A stretch of DNA of 64,000 bases from the NCBI GenBank assembly GCA_963665325.3, contig CAXXWS020000003.1, forward strand, positions 320,001-384,000, in the 5' to 3' direction. Source of the DNA: Alphaproteobacteria bacterium (GTDB lineage Bacteria; Pseudomonadota; Alphaproteobacteria; Bin95). The position numbers were made by a program, and so were the translations under genes. Below are positions 1 to 10,247 of this stretch, in pieces (position 1 is the first letter of the stretch; the number at the start of each line of letters is the position of its first letter). The notes below the pieces were generated by a model. That model was not told where the DNA came from. It worked only from the letters and a program-made list of their open reading frames with translations, and made no database searches.

Positions 1-10
1 TCTCGCCCTC

Positions 11-466
11 CTACCCCGTCCCCGTAGAGCCGAAGCCGCCCTCTCCCCGCTCCGTTGCGTCCAGTTCGGCGCATTCCCGCCAGGCGACGCGGGGGAGGGG
101 CATGAGGACGAGCTGGGCGATCTTCATGCCGCGTTCGATGCGGACGGGCTCGCTGCCGGCGTTCATCACGATGACCTGCAGCTCGCCGCGATAGTCGGAA
201 TCGATGGTGCCGGGGCTGTTCGGCAGCATCAGCCCATGGCGGAGCGCGAGGCCGGAGCGGGGCCGTATCTGCGCCTCAAAGCCCTCCGGCACGGCGAGGC
301 GCAGCCCCGTCGGCACGAGCGCGCGGGCGCCGGGCGCAAGCTCCATCGGCTCGTCCCCGGCAATAGCGGCCGCGATGTCGAGGCCGGCGCTGCCTGCTGT
401 GGCGTATTCCGGCAGGCCCGGCGCATGGGGCAGACGCTGGATGCGGACCTCGACCGCCTCCGTCAT
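11..466 (-). CDS. dut: dUTP diphosphatase
   Basis: C-terminal part of ORF 11..1708. ATG at 466 overlaps the coaBC stop. Motifs GSAGLDI, QIRPRSGLA, GTIDSDYRGE, RGEGGFGSTG. Confidence 0.97.
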   Translation of the reverse strand: MTEAVEVRIQRLPHAPGLPEYATAGSAGLDIAAAIAGDEPMELAPGARALVPTGLRLAVPEGFEAQIRPRSGLALRHGLMLPNSPGTIDSDYRGELQVIVMNAGSEPVRIERGMKIAQLVLMPLPRVAWRECAELDATERGEGGFGSTGTG

Positions 467-1698
467 ACGGCGGCGAAACGCCCGGCGATGCGCAGCGCGA
501 GCCGTTCCGCCACCTCCGCCTTGCCGGCCGTCGGCCAGTGCTCCACGCCATCCTCCTCGTCGATGAGGTGGATCGTGTTGCGGTCGCCGCCGAAGGTGCC
601 CGTGCCGGGCGACACATCGTTGGCGAGTATCCAGTCGCAGCCCTTGCGCCGGCGTTTCTCGCGGGCGTAGGCGACGACATTCCCGGTCTCGGCCGCGAAG
701 CCCACCACCAGCGGCGGCCGGCGGTTCTCCAGATTGGCGAGCCGGTGGAGGATGTCGGGGTTCTCGGCGAGCTCGAGCGCGGGCAGTCCGCCATTCTCTT
801 TCTTCAGCTTCTCGCCCGCGGCCTCTCGCACCCGCCAGTCCGCGACCGCAGCGGCGCAGACCGCGATGTCGGCCGGCAGCGCCGCCATGCAAGCGTCCAG
901 CATCTCCCGCGCCGTCTCGATCCGGCACATGCCCACATTCGCGGGGTCCGGCTCGTGCGTCGGGCCGGTCACAAGCGTTACCTCCGCGCCGTGGCGGGCG
1001 AGCGCCGCCGCGACCGCATGGCCCTGCTTGCCGGAGGAGCGGTTGGCGATATAGCGCACCGGGTCGATCGGCTCCCAGGTGGGGCCGCTGGTGACGACGG
1101 CGCGCTTGCCGGCGAGCGCGCCTGAGGCGCGGCCGGCAAACGCGCCTGAGGCGCGGCCGGCGAGCACATTCTCTATCGCGACGACTATCTCTTCCGGTTC
1201 GGCCATGCGCCCGGAGCCCGTCTCGCCGCAGGCGAGGTCGCCCGCGCCCGGCCCGACGCGCAGCACGCCGCGCCGCTCCAGCAGCGCCAGATTCGCCTGC
1301 GTCGCGGCATGGCCCCACATCTCGACATTCATGGCGGGCGCGATGAGCACCGGCTTGTCGGTCGCCAGCAGCGCCGTGGAGGCGAGGTCGTCGGCGAGCC
1401 CGGCCGCCATCTTCGCCATCAGGTCGGCAGTGGCCGGCGCGACGACCACAAGGTCCGCTTCCCGCGAGAGGCGGATATGGCCCATCTCGCTCTCGTCGGT
1501 CAGCGAGAACAGGTCCCGGTAAACCTTGTCCTCGGTCAGCGCCGCCAGCGAAAGCGGGGTGACGAACTCCGCCCCGCCCGCCGTCAGCACCGAGCGCACC
1601 GCCACGCCCCGCTCGCGCAGCCGGCGCACCAGGATGAGGCTCTTGTAGGCGGCGACGCCGCCCGCGACGATCAGCAGAATGCGTTTGCCGTCCAGCAT
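463..1698 (-). CDS. coaBC: bifunctional phosphopantothenoylcysteine decarboxylase/ligase
   Basis: MLDGKRILLIVAGGVAAYKS, PAMNVEMW, LACGETGSGRM, NRSSGKQG, VGFAAET; next to dut. Confidence 0.97.
   Translation of the reverse strand: MLDGKRILLIVAGGVAAYKSLILVRRLRERGVAVRSVLTAGGAEFVTPLSLAALTEDKVYRDLFSLTDESEMGHIRLSREADLVVVAPATADLMAKMAAGLADDLASTALLATDKPVLIAPAMNVEMWGHAATQANLALLERRGVLRVGPGAGDLACGETGSGRMAEPEEIVVAIENVLAGRASGAFAGRASGALAGKRAVVTSGPTWEPIDPVRYIANRSSGKQGHAVAAALARHGAEVTLVTGPTHEPDPANVGMCRIETAREMLDACMAALPADIAVCAAAVADWRVREAAGEKLKKENGGLPALELAENPDILHRLANLENRRPPLVVGFAAETGNVVAYAREKRRRKGCDWILANDVSPGTGTFGGDRNTIHLIDEEDGVEHWPTAGKAEVAERLALRIAGRFAAV
1108..1164. repeat. 24-bp in-frame tandem duplication in the CoaC/CoaB linker
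   Basis: cgcgcctgaggcgcggccggc at 1117-1137 and 1141-1161; protein reads LAGRASGA-FAGRASGA-LAGK. Confidence 0.9.
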
Positions 1699-1790
1699 GG
1701 AACGGCAATCTAGTGCGGTTGAGACCGGGGGGAAAGCACTCGCGGCGCCGACGCCGTCACATCCCGGTTCGCCGCGTTCCGCGCGGCGGC

Positions 1791-3299
1791 TCAACCGAAG
1801 ACGAGCGCCGCCAGCAGGATCAGCAGCGCCAGGCCGCCCAGAAGGCCCTGAATCTGCACCGGAATGCCGCGCCTCTTCGTGGACTCGCTCTCCGCGATGC
1901 GCTCCAGCGCCCGGTCGATATGGTCCAGGGTGACGAACAGCCGGTCGAAGCGGCCGCGCAATTCCACCGCGGCGCGCTGCGCGCGCAGGACGGGATTGAC
2001 CCGGTCGAGCATCCATTCCTCGATCAGCGGGCGCGCCATCTCCCAGATATTTACATTCGGGTTCAGCCGCCGGCCCATGCCTTCGGCCATCAGCATGGTC
2101 TTCTGGAGCAGCAGCAATTGCGGCTGCGTCTCCATGTTGAACTGCGCCGTGACCTGGAAGAGCTGACGCATCAGACGGGCGACGGAAATCTCGTTCAGCG
2201 GCCGTTCGAGGATCGGCTCGCCGATGGACCGGGCGGCCTGGGCGAACAGGGCTTCGGACTGGTCGGCCGGGACGTAGCCGGCGCGGAAATGCACCGCCGA
2301 CACCCGCCTGTAGTCGCGCGAGAGGAAGCCCAGCAGCATTTCCGCCAGATATTCCCGCGTCGGACGGTCCAGCCTTCCCATAATGCCGAAATCGACCGGT
2401 ACGATGGCCCCGTCGGGCGCGACGAAGATATTGCCGGCGTGCATGTCCGCGTGGAAGAAGCCGTCCCGGAAGACCTGCTTGAAGAAGACTTCGGCGGCGA
2501 TCGCCATGATGGCGTCCGGGTCGTGCCCGGCGGCCCGGAGCGCATCCACTTCATCGACCGGCAAGCCCTCCACCCGCTCCAGCGTCAACACGCGCCGGGA
2601 GGTGCGCCGCCAGTCGACCGAAGGCACGCGGAAATGCTCCTCGTCCTCGAAGTTCGCCGCAAGCTCGACCGCGGCAGCGGCCTCCAGCCGGAGGTCCATT
2701 TCGATACGCACGCTCGCCGCGAAGGTCTGCACCACGTCGACGGGGTGCAGGCGCCTTGCGAAGGGTGCGAGGCGCTCCAGCCAGCGCGCGACCCAGAGGA
2801 ACAGGCGCAGGTCCCTGGCGATAGCCTGCTCGATTCCCGGACGCAGTATCTTGACGGCGACGGAAGCGCCCTCCGGCGTTCGGGCGAGATGGACCTGCGC
2901 TATCGATGCGGCGGCAACGGACTCGATCTCGAAATCCGAGAACAGCTCGCCGAGCGGCATCTCGAATTCCTCCTCGATGCGCTTGCGCATGGTCTCGAAG
3001 GGCAGCGCCGGAAGATGGTCCTGCAGGTCCGCCAGGTCGTCCGCCACCTCCTCGCCCAGCAGGTCGGCGCGGGTCGAGAGCGCCTGGCCGAATTTGACGA
3101 AGGTCGGTCCGAGCGCCTGCAGGGCGGCGGTGAGCCGCTCGCCCCGCCGGCGATCCGGCCGCCGCCGGCTGACGAGGCGCGCGAGCATGGCCGGGGTTTC
3201 CAGCCCGGGCGCGAGCTCCAGCGGCCAGAGCGCGTCATGGCGGGCCAGCGTCCAGCCGATGCGTCCGAGACGCAGGACGTGGCGCGCGAAATCCAGCAC
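1791..3299 (-). CDS. ubiB: ubiquinone biosynthesis kinase-like protein UbiB
   Basis: LGPTFVKFGQALSTR, AAASIAQVH, VAVKILRP, DGFFHADMHAGN, DFGIMG; downstream of ubiE. Confidence 0.96.
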   Translation of the reverse strand: MLDFARHVLRLGRIGWTLARHDALWPLELAPGLETPAMLARLVSRRRPDRRRGERLTAALQALGPTFVKFGQALSTRADLLGEEVADDLADLQDHLPALPFETMRKRIEEEFEMPLGELFSDFEIESVAAASIAQVHLARTPEGASVAVKILRPGIEQAIARDLRLFLWVARWLERLAPFARRLHPVDVVQTFAASVRIEMDLRLEAAAAVELAANFEDEEHFRVPSVDWRRTSRRVLTLERVEGLPVDEVDALRAAGHDPDAIMAIAAEVFFKQVFRDGFFHADMHAGNIFVAPDGAIVPVDFGIMGRLDRPTREYLAEMLLGFLSRDYRRVSAVHFRAGYVPADQSEALFAQAARSIGEPILERPLNEISVARLMRQLFQVTAQFNMETQPQLLLLQKTMLMAEGMGRRLNPNVNIWEMARPLIEEWMLDRVNPVLRAQRAAVELRGRFDRLFVTLDHIDRALERIAESESTKRRGIPVQIQGLLGGLALLILLAALVFG

Positions 3300-3300
3300 G

Positions 3301-4044
3301 TCAGAGGCGCCAGCCTCGATGCAGCGCGACGACGCCGCCCGAGAGTATGCTCCAGCGCACCCGGGCGAAGCCGGCGGCGCCCATCAGGCCGGCGAGCGCT
3401 TCCCGGTCGGGGAAGCGGGCGATGCTCTCGGCCAGGTAACGGTAGGCCTCCGCGTCCCCCGCCACCAGCGCGCCGAGGCGCGGCAGCACGCGGAAGGCGT
3501 AACGCTCATAGACGGCGCGCAGCGTCGGCGCGGCCACCTGGGAGAACTCCAGGCAGAAGAACCGGCCGCCCGGCTTCAGCACCCGGCGCATCTCGGCGAG
3601 CGCCCGCTCGCGGCCCGTTACATTCCGCAGGCCGAACGCGATGGTCACCGCGTCCTGGCTCATGTCGGGGAAAGGCAGCGCCTCGGCGTCGGCCACGGCC
3701 CAGCCGACCTCGAGGCAGCCCCGGTCGAGCGCCCGGTCGCGCCCGGCGGCGGCCATGTCCGCATTGATGTCGACGACGACCGCCTCGGCCCCCTCGGCCG
3801 CGGCGGCGACAGCGATATCGCCGGTGCCGCCCGCCACGTCCAGGACCACCATGCCGGGGCGCGGGCGCAGCGCGCGGACCAGCGCCGCCTTCCACAGCCG
3901 GTGGACGCCGAGACTCATCAGGTCGTTCATCAGGTCGTAGCGGGGCGCCACGCTGTCGAACACCTCGCGCACGAGGCCGGCCTTGTCCCCCCTCGGCACA
4001 TCCCGAAAGCCGAAATCGACCGAATCGTCCGCTCGCCCGCTCAT
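3301..4044 (-). CDS. ubiE: ubiquinone/menaquinone C-methyltransferase
   Basis: VFDSVAPRYDLMNDLMSLGVHRLWK, LDVAGGTGD, IAFGLRNV, YRYLAESI. Start taken at ATG 4044. Confidence 0.96.
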   Translation of the reverse strand: MSGRADDSVDFGFRDVPRGDKAGLVREVFDSVAPRYDLMNDLMSLGVHRLWKAALVRALRPRPGMVVLDVAGGTGDIAVAAAAEGAEAVVVDINADMAAAGRDRALDRGCLEVGWAVADAEALPFPDMSQDAVTIAFGLRNVTGRERALAEMRRVLKPGGRFFCLEFSQVAAPTLRAVYERYAFRVLPRLGALVAGDAEAYRYLAESIARFPDREALAGLMGAAGFARVRWSILSGGVVALHRGWRL

Positions 4045-4121
4045 GGCCCGAAACATAATGCAGCCCCACCGGGTTCGATAGGCCATGCGCCGGTGCGCGA
4101 AACCCTCTAGCCTTCGCTCCC

Positions 4122-4952
4122 ATGCCGGAACTGCCGGAAGTCGAGACGGTGATGCGGGGGCTGGCGGGGGCGCTTGCGGGCCGGCGGCTCGCACGCGTCG
4201 AGCAGCGCCGCCCGGACCTGCGCTTTCCGCTGCCGGAGCGCTTCGCGGCACGGTTGCAGGGCCGGCGCATCCTGGGCTTCGGACGGCGCGCGAAATACAT
4301 CCTGGCCGAACTGGACGACGGCGTGACCTGGCTCTCCCATCTCGGCATGTCGGGGCGGATGATGCTGGGCGAAGGCCCGGCGCCGGAGCCGGAGCGCCAC
4401 GACCATCTGATCGTCGAGACGGACGACGGGCAGCACCTCATCTACCGCGATGCGCGGCGCTTCGGCTTCATGGACCTGATCGGGGCCGAGGAACTCGACG
4501 ACCACCCTCGCCTGGCCGGCCTCGGCATCGAGCCGCTCGGGCCGGAGCTTACCGGCCGCCGGCTGCGCGCCCTGTTCGCCGGCCGGCGCGCGCCGCTCAA
4601 GGCCGCGCTGCTCGACCAGCGGCGCATCGCCGGGCTCGGCAACATCTATGTCTGCGAGGCGCTTAACCGCGCGCGGCTCCACCCCGACCGGCCGTCCGGC
4701 AGCCTCTCGGCGGCCGAGGCCCGCGCGCTCGCAAAGGCCGTGCGCGAGACGCTGGAGGAGGCAGTGGCGGCCGGGGGCTCTTCGCTCCGCGACTATGTGC
4801 AGGCCTCGGGCGAGCTCGGATATTTCCAACACAGCTGGCGCGTTTACGGGCGCGAGGGAAGCCCCTGTCCCTGCGGGCGCAAGGACGCCATCGTCCGCCG
4901 CAGCGTCCAGTCCGGGCGGTCCACCTTCTTCTGCCCCGTCTGCCAGAAATAG
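4122..4952 (+). CDS. mutM: formamidopyrimidine-DNA glycosylase
   Basis: MPELPEVE N-terminus, HLGMSG, GLGNIY, C-terminal zinc finger GRSTFFCPVCQ. Confidence 0.98.
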   Translation: MPELPEVETVMRGLAGALAGRRLARVEQRRPDLRFPLPERFAARLQGRRILGFGRRAKYILAELDDGVTWLSHLGMSGRMMLGEGPAPEPERHDHLIVETDDGQHLIYRDARRFGFMDLIGAEELDDHPRLAGLGIEPLGPELTGRRLRALFAGRRAPLKAALLDQRRIAGLGNIYVCEALNRARLHPDRPSGSLSAAEARALAKAVRETLEEAVAAGGSSLRDYVQASGELGYFQHSWRVYGREGSPCPCGRKDAIVRRSVQSGRSTFFCPVCQK

Positions 4953-4970
4953 CCGGGCAGGGCCGGTGTC

Positions 4971-7364
4971 ATGACAGACCTTCCCTCCCACGCTTCCGCC
5001 GTCGTCATCGGCGGCGGCATCATGGGCTGCTCCACGCTCTACCACCTTGCCGAAATGGGTCTCGGCGACGCCATCCTGCTGGAGCGCAACAAGCTCACTT
5101 CCGGCACGACCTGGCACTCGGCGGCGCAGGTCCGCGCACTCCGCCATTCGCGCAACCTCACCCGCATGATCCGCTATTCCATCGACCTCTATTCCCGGCT
5201 GGAGCGGGAAACCGGGCAAAGCACCGGCTGGATCGGCAAGGGCTCTCTGTCCATCGCCACGACACCGGACCGGCTGACCCATATCCGCCGCCAGGAGGCG
5301 CTGGCGCACGCATTCGGCGTCGAGGCGGAGTCGATAAGCCCCGGCGAGGCGAAGGAGCGCTGGCCGCTGATGAATGCGGACGACGTGCTGGGGGCCGTCT
5401 GGTCGCCGGGCGACGGCCGGGTCGGCCCCTCGGATGTCTCGGCAGCGCTCGCCAGGGGGGCGAGGGAGCGCGGCGCCAGGCTGTTCGAGGACGCGGGCGT
5501 GACGGGCATCCTGACGGAGAACGGGCGGGTGTGCGGCGTCGAGACGACCCAGGGGGTCGTGATGTGCGAGGCGGTTGCGGTCTGCGCGGGGCTCTGGTCG
5601 CGCGAGGTCGCCGCCATGGCCGGCGCGCGGGCGCCGCTGCTCGCCTGCGAGCATTTCTACCTGCTGACCGGACCGGTGGAGGGCATCGACGGCAATATGC
5701 CGACCCTCTCCGACCATGACGGCCGGCTCTATATCCGCGACGACAGCGGCGGCCTGCTGATCGGTTGCTTCGAGCCGCTGGGGAAACCGATACCGCCGGG
5801 CGGGCTGGGCGGGAATTTCGCCTTCGACCTCCTGCCGGAGGACTGGGACCATTTCGAGCCGATGATGGTGAATGCGCTTCACCGCCTGCCGGTGCTGGAG
5901 ACCGCCGAGGCCCGGATGCTGCTCAACGGGCCGGAGAGCTTCACGCCCGACGGCATGTTCATGCTGGGCGAGACGGCGGAGACCCGCGGCCTCTTCCTCG
6001 GCTGCGGCATGAACTCGGTAGGCGTCGCCTCGGGCGGCGGGGCCGGCATGAACCTCGCCCACTGCATCGTCCACGGCCGCACCGCCTACGACCTCTCGGA
6101 AGCCGACGCCATGCGCTTTGCGCCGGTTTTCGACAGGGTAGAGCACCTGATGGCCCGCGCGCCCGAAATCCTCGGCACCCATTACGAGATCGCCTATCCC
6201 GGCCGGCAACTCGCCACCGCACGCGACCTGCGCCGCCTGCCTCTCGACGCCGAACACCGGGCCGCGGGCGCCCATATGGGGCAGTTCTACGGCTGGGAGC
6301 GGCCGCTCTGGTTCGGCAAGGCTGCCGAACCGGTCCTGCGCTTCGACCGGCCGGACTGGTTCGAGGCGGTGCAGGGCGAGGTCATGGCCGCCCATGAGCG
6401 GGCCGCGGTCTTCGACGCCAGCCCCTTCGGCAAGATCGAGGTGGAAGGACCCGGGGCGGAGGCCTTCCTCCAGCATATGTGCGCCTCGGACATGGCGCGT
6501 CCGCCGGGCGCGGCAATCTACACGGCCATCCTCAATGCGCGCGGGACCTATGAGAGCGACCTCACCGCGCAGCGCCTCTCCGCCGACCGCTACCGGCTCT
6601 TCACCGGCGCGGCGGCCATCGCGCGGGACCTCGCCCGGTTCGGGCGCCACGCCGATGGCTTCGATGTCCGGCTCCGGGACGTGACGGAAGACTTTGCGGT
6701 GCTCGGCCTGATGGGCCCCGACAGCGCCGGGATCGCCGAGACGCTGGGCGCGCCGGCGCTGAACGAGCTGGGCTATTTCCGGCACACTCATGCAACTCTC
6801 GCCGGGCGACCGGTGCGGGCCGCTCGCCTCTCCTATGTCGGCGAGGCCGGGTGGGAGCTGACCTGCCGGCCTCCCGACGCTACCGCCCTCTACGGCGCAT
6901 TGTTGGAGGCCGGCGCGGTCCCGGCGGGCCTCCATGCGCAGACCTCGATGCGGATCGAGAAGGGCTTTGCGGCGATGGGCCACGAGCTCGACGGCGATAT
7001 CGGCCCGGTCGAGGCCGGGCTCGACCGGCTGTGCTCGCGCAGGAAAAGCTTTGTCGGCTCGGAAGCGCTGGCCGAACGCCGGAAGACGGGACGGCGGACC
7101 CTGGCCACGGTCGTGCTCGACAACCCGGAGGCTGAGCCGCTCGGCCATGAGCCCGTCCGCTTCGCCCGGCGCATCGCGGGCCAGACGACCTCTGCGGCGT
7201 TCGGATACCGCATCCGGCGCCCGCTGGCGCTCGCCCATGTCTCAGGCGTGCCGGACGGCGCGGAAGTCGAGGTCGATATCGCCGGGGACCGCCGTCCAGG
7301 CCGCCTCCGGTTCGCGCCCGCCTTTGACCCCGAGGGCCGCCGGATGCGCGGCAACGGCGGGTAA
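4971..7364 (+). CDS. GcvT-family FAD oxidoreductase (sarcosine/dimethylglycine dehydrogenase-like)
   Basis: VVIGGGIMGCS, LTSGTTWHSAA, NGPESFTPD, plus aminomethyltransferase domain RLSYVGEAGWEL, SMRIEKG. Confidence 0.9.
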   Translation: MTDLPSHASAVVIGGGIMGCSTLYHLAEMGLGDAILLERNKLTSGTTWHSAAQVRALRHSRNLTRMIRYSIDLYSRLERETGQSTGWIGKGSLSIATTPDRLTHIRRQEALAHAFGVEAESISPGEAKERWPLMNADDVLGAVWSPGDGRVGPSDVSAALARGARERGARLFEDAGVTGILTENGRVCGVETTQGVVMCEAVAVCAGLWSREVAAMAGARAPLLACEHFYLLTGPVEGIDGNMPTLSDHDGRLYIRDDSGGLLIGCFEPLGKPIPPGGLGGNFAFDLLPEDWDHFEPMMVNALHRLPVLETAEARMLLNGPESFTPDGMFMLGETAETRGLFLGCGMNSVGVASGGGAGMNLAHCIVHGRTAYDLSEADAMRFAPVFDRVEHLMARAPEILGTHYEIAYPGRQLATARDLRRLPLDAEHRAAGAHMGQFYGWERPLWFGKAAEPVLRFDRPDWFEAVQGEVMAAHERAAVFDASPFGKIEVEGPGAEAFLQHMCASDMARPPGAAIYTAILNARGTYESDLTAQRLSADRYRLFTGAAAIARDLARFGRHADGFDVRLRDVTEDFAVLGLMGPDSAGIAETLGAPALNELGYFRHTHATLAGRPVRAARLSYVGEAGWELTCRPPDATALYGALLEAGAVPAGLHAQTSMRIEKGFAAMGHELDGDIGPVEAGLDRLCSRRKSFVGSEALAERRKTGRRTLATVVLDNPEAEPLGHEPVRFARRIAGQTTSAAFGYRIRRPLALAHVSGVPDGAEVEVDIAGDRRPGRLRFAPAFDPEGRRMRGNGG

Positions 7365-7495
7365 GTGGCGAAGGCTTGCAACGGAAGCCCGCCAGACATA
7401 CCGTTTTCCGGCCTGCGGTAGGCTGTGCCGCCGGGTACGGCCGATGTGCGAGGAAGGGGCGGTTCACCCATGACGATGTCCGGGAAGTGGCGGCA

Positions 7496-7840
7496 ATGAG
7501 GGCGGCGCTCATCTTCGTGCTTTGCCTGTTTGCTGCGGGCGTCCAAGCCGGCGAGCGTTTCGTACCGGGGTTCGAGGCCCTGCCGCTGATGGCGGGGCTG
7601 GAAGTCGAGCCGGGCTCGGCGATGGTGTTCGACAAGCCGGGCGGGCGCATCGTCGAGGCGGCGGCTAACGGCGCCGTGCCGGAGGCCCGCATCCGCAGCT
7701 GGTATGCGGAGGCGCTGCCGCAGCTTGGCTGGCAGCCGGCGGGAGAGGGCCTGTTCCGCCGCGAGGGCGAGATGCTGTCGCTCGCCGTCACCCGGGAAGG
7801 CGCGCGAGCGCGCGTCGCCTTTCGCCTCTACCCCCGGTAG
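7496..7840 (+). CDS. small exported conserved hypothetical protein
   Basis: Signal peptide MRAALIFVLCLFAAGVQA; LPLMAGL..VFDKPGGRIVEA..LPQLGW pattern recalled from Rhodospirillales hypotheticals. Confidence 0.75.
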   Translation: MRAALIFVLCLFAAGVQAGERFVPGFEALPLMAGLEVEPGSAMVFDKPGGRIVEAAANGAVPEARIRSWYAEALPQLGWQPAGEGLFRREGEMLSLAVTREGARARVAFRLYPR

Positions 7841-7851
7841 CGCCCGTTCGC

Positions 7852-8643
7852 CTATCGCGGCCAGTCGCGGATGGCGAGGAGGCCGGCATCGACGGGCAGC
7901 AGCAGCCCGGTGATCCAGCGCGCCTCGTCGCTCGTGAGATAGACGGCGGCCCAGCCGATATCCCAGCCCGTGCCTTCGGTGCCGAGCGGCACCATCGCCG
8001 CCCGGCGCGCACGGGCTTCCGGGCCCTGATGGGCGACCATCGGCGTGTAGATCGTGCCGACGATGATGCAGTTGCAGCGGATCGCGTCCTTGGCATAGTC
8101 GGTGGCGAGCGACATGGTGAGGCCGTGCAGACCCGCCTTGGCCGAGGCGTAGGCGACGGAGCCGGTGCTGCTCAGCAGGCCGCGCGCGCCGACCACAGAG
8201 GAGATGTTCAGGATCGACCCGCCGCCCGCGCGCTGCATGGCCGGGATGCAAGCCCGCGAGCACAGCATCGCCGAGGTGAGGTTGACGGCAATCGTCGCAT
8301 CCCACCCCTCGCGCCCGATCTCCATCACCGCGCCCTGCTGCCGGGAGCCGCCGACATTGTTGACCAGCGCGTCGATGCGCCCGAAATGCGCTTCGGCGGC
8401 CTCCGCCATCTCATTGGCGTCGGATTCCTCGGTCACATCGCCCGCGACGACAAACGCCTCGCCGCCTTCGGCGCGGATTTCCGCCGCCAGGCCTTCCGCG
8501 CGTTCGGCGGAGCGGTTGACCAGCACGACCCTGGCCCCCTCGCGCGCCGACAGGAGCGCAATCGCCTTGCCGGTGCCCACGCCCTCGCCGCGCGAGGCCG
8601 CGCCGGTCACCACCACGACTTTGCCGTCGAGCCGTCCCCCCAT
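7852..8643 (-). CDS. SDR family NAD(P)-dependent oxidoreductase
   Basis: VVVTGAAS..GVGTG, LVNNVG, catalytic YASAK. Confidence 0.93.
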   Translation of the reverse strand: MGGRLDGKVVVVTGAASRGEGVGTGKAIALLSAREGARVVLVNRSAERAEGLAAEIRAEGGEAFVVAGDVTEESDANEMAEAAEAHFGRIDALVNNVGGSRQQGAVMEIGREGWDATIAVNLTSAMLCSRACIPAMQRAGGGSILNISSVVGARGLLSSTGSVAYASAKAGLHGLTMSLATDYAKDAIRCNCIIVGTIYTPMVAHQGPEARARRAAMVPLGTEGTGWDIGWAAVYLTSDEARWITGLLLPVDAGLLAIRDWPR

Positions 8644-8660
8644 TCGATCCGCCTTCCGTT

Positions 8661-10247
8661 TCAGTATCCGAGCGCGAGACCGTCCTTGCGCGGGTCCGAG
8701 CCTGCAACCAGCGTGCCCGATTCACGGTCGATCCAGATGGCCTGCCCGCCTCCATGCGGAGGGCCCACAGGCGCGAGCGTATGGCCCCGGCGGCCGAGTT
8801 CCGCACAGGCCGCCTCCGGAATGCCGCGCTCGACCGCCACCTCGCCGTCGTAAGCAAAGAGGCGCGGCAGGTCGAGGGCCGCCTGCGGGTCCAGGCCGTG
8901 GTCCAGCATGGAGGACAGCACCCACGACTGGCCGACCGGCTGGTAGTGACCGCCCATGACGCCGAACGGCATGACGGCGCGGCCGTCTTTCGCCAGCATT
9001 GCCGGGATGATCGTATGCATCGGGCGCCGGTTCGGGCGCACGGCGTTCGGGTGGCCGGGCTCGAGCGAGAAGCCGAGTCCGCGATTGTGCAGCATCACGC
9101 CCGACGCCGGCGCCAGGATCGCGCTGCCGAAAGACTTGAACAGCGAGTTGATGAACGAGCAGGCATTGCCGTCCCGGTCCACGACGCACAGATAGACCGT
9201 GTCCTCATGCGCAGGCCAGCCGGCGGCCGGCAGCGCGGCCGCGGCCCGGTCCTCGCGGATCGTTCCACGCAGCGCGGCGGCATAGTCCTTCGACAGCAGC
9301 ATATCCAGCGGAACCTCCGCGTCCGCCGGGTCGGCGACGAAGGCGTTGCGGTCCCGGTAGGCGAGGCGCGTCGCCTCGACGAGCCGGTGCATGCGGTCGG
9401 GCGAGAGCGGGTCCTCCGTCGGCTCGAAGCCCTCCAGCATGTTGAGGATAAGCAGGGCTATGACGCCGACGCCGTTGGGCGGACATTCGAAGACGGTGTG
9501 GCCGCGATAGTCCGTCGAGACCGGCTCCACATATTCCGCCTTGCGGGCGGCGAAATCCTCTTCCGTGTGCAGCCCGCCGAGCGCGCGCAGCTTGCCCACC
9601 ATGTCCGCCGCAACCTCGCCCTCGTAAAACGCGGACCGGCCCTCGCGGGCAATTCGCTGCAGCGTTCTTGCAAGCTCGGGCTGGCGGAAAATGCTGCCCT
9701 CGCAGACTGCCTTGCCCTCCGGCAGGAAGTGCGCCGCCGTGTCGGCATCGCCGGCGAGGCGCCCGGCGGCGTCCGTCCAGTCCGAAGCCGTGCGGGCATG
9801 CACGACGAAGCCGTCTTCCGCATAGCGGATGGCCGGCTGCAGCAGTTCGTCGAGGCCCTTGCTGCCGTGATCCCGCAACAGCTGTTCCCACGCATCGACG
9901 GCGCCGGGCACGGTCACCGCATGGGGGCTCGACCCGTCGAGCGCATTCACGCCGCGCTCCGCCAGCCACTCCGCCGAAAGCGCCGCCGGCGCGTGGCCGG
10001 ACCCGTTGAGCGCGATCGGTGCTTCCGCGCCCGCCGGGGTGTAGAGGCAGAAGCAGTCGCCGCCGATTCCGGTGGACTGCGGCTCGGTCACGCACATCAC
10101 CGCGCAGGCGGAGACCGCGGCATCGACGGCATTGCCGCCCGACCGCAGCACCTCCACCCCGGCCAGCGTCGCGGAAGGCTGGCTCGTGGCGACCATCGCA
10201 TTGGCCGCGCGGACAGCCGAGCGGCCCGGAAAATGGAAATCGCGCAT
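8661..10247 (-). CDS. ggt: gamma-glutamyltransferase family protein
   Basis: GGNAVDAA, PQSTGIGGD, autocatalytic Thr in EDTVYLCVVD, RPMHTIIP, GSDPRKDG. Start MRDFHFPGRS. Confidence 0.93.
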   Translation of the reverse strand: MRDFHFPGRSAVRAANAMVATSQPSATLAGVEVLRSGGNAVDAAVSACAVMCVTEPQSTGIGGDCFCLYTPAGAEAPIALNGSGHAPAALSAEWLAERGVNALDGSSPHAVTVPGAVDAWEQLLRDHGSKGLDELLQPAIRYAEDGFVVHARTASDWTDAAGRLAGDADTAAHFLPEGKAVCEGSIFRQPELARTLQRIAREGRSAFYEGEVAADMVGKLRALGGLHTEEDFAARKAEYVEPVSTDYRGHTVFECPPNGVGVIALLILNMLEGFEPTEDPLSPDRMHRLVEATRLAYRDRNAFVADPADAEVPLDMLLSKDYAAALRGTIREDRAAAALPAAGWPAHEDTVYLCVVDRDGNACSFINSLFKSFGSAILAPASGVMLHNRGLGFSLEPGHPNAVRPNRRPMHTIIPAMLAKDGRAVMPFGVMGGHYQPVGQSWVLSSMLDHGLDPQAALDLPRLFAYDGEVAVERGIPEAACAELGRRGHTLAPVGPPHGGGQAIWIDRESGTLVAGSDPRKDGLALGY

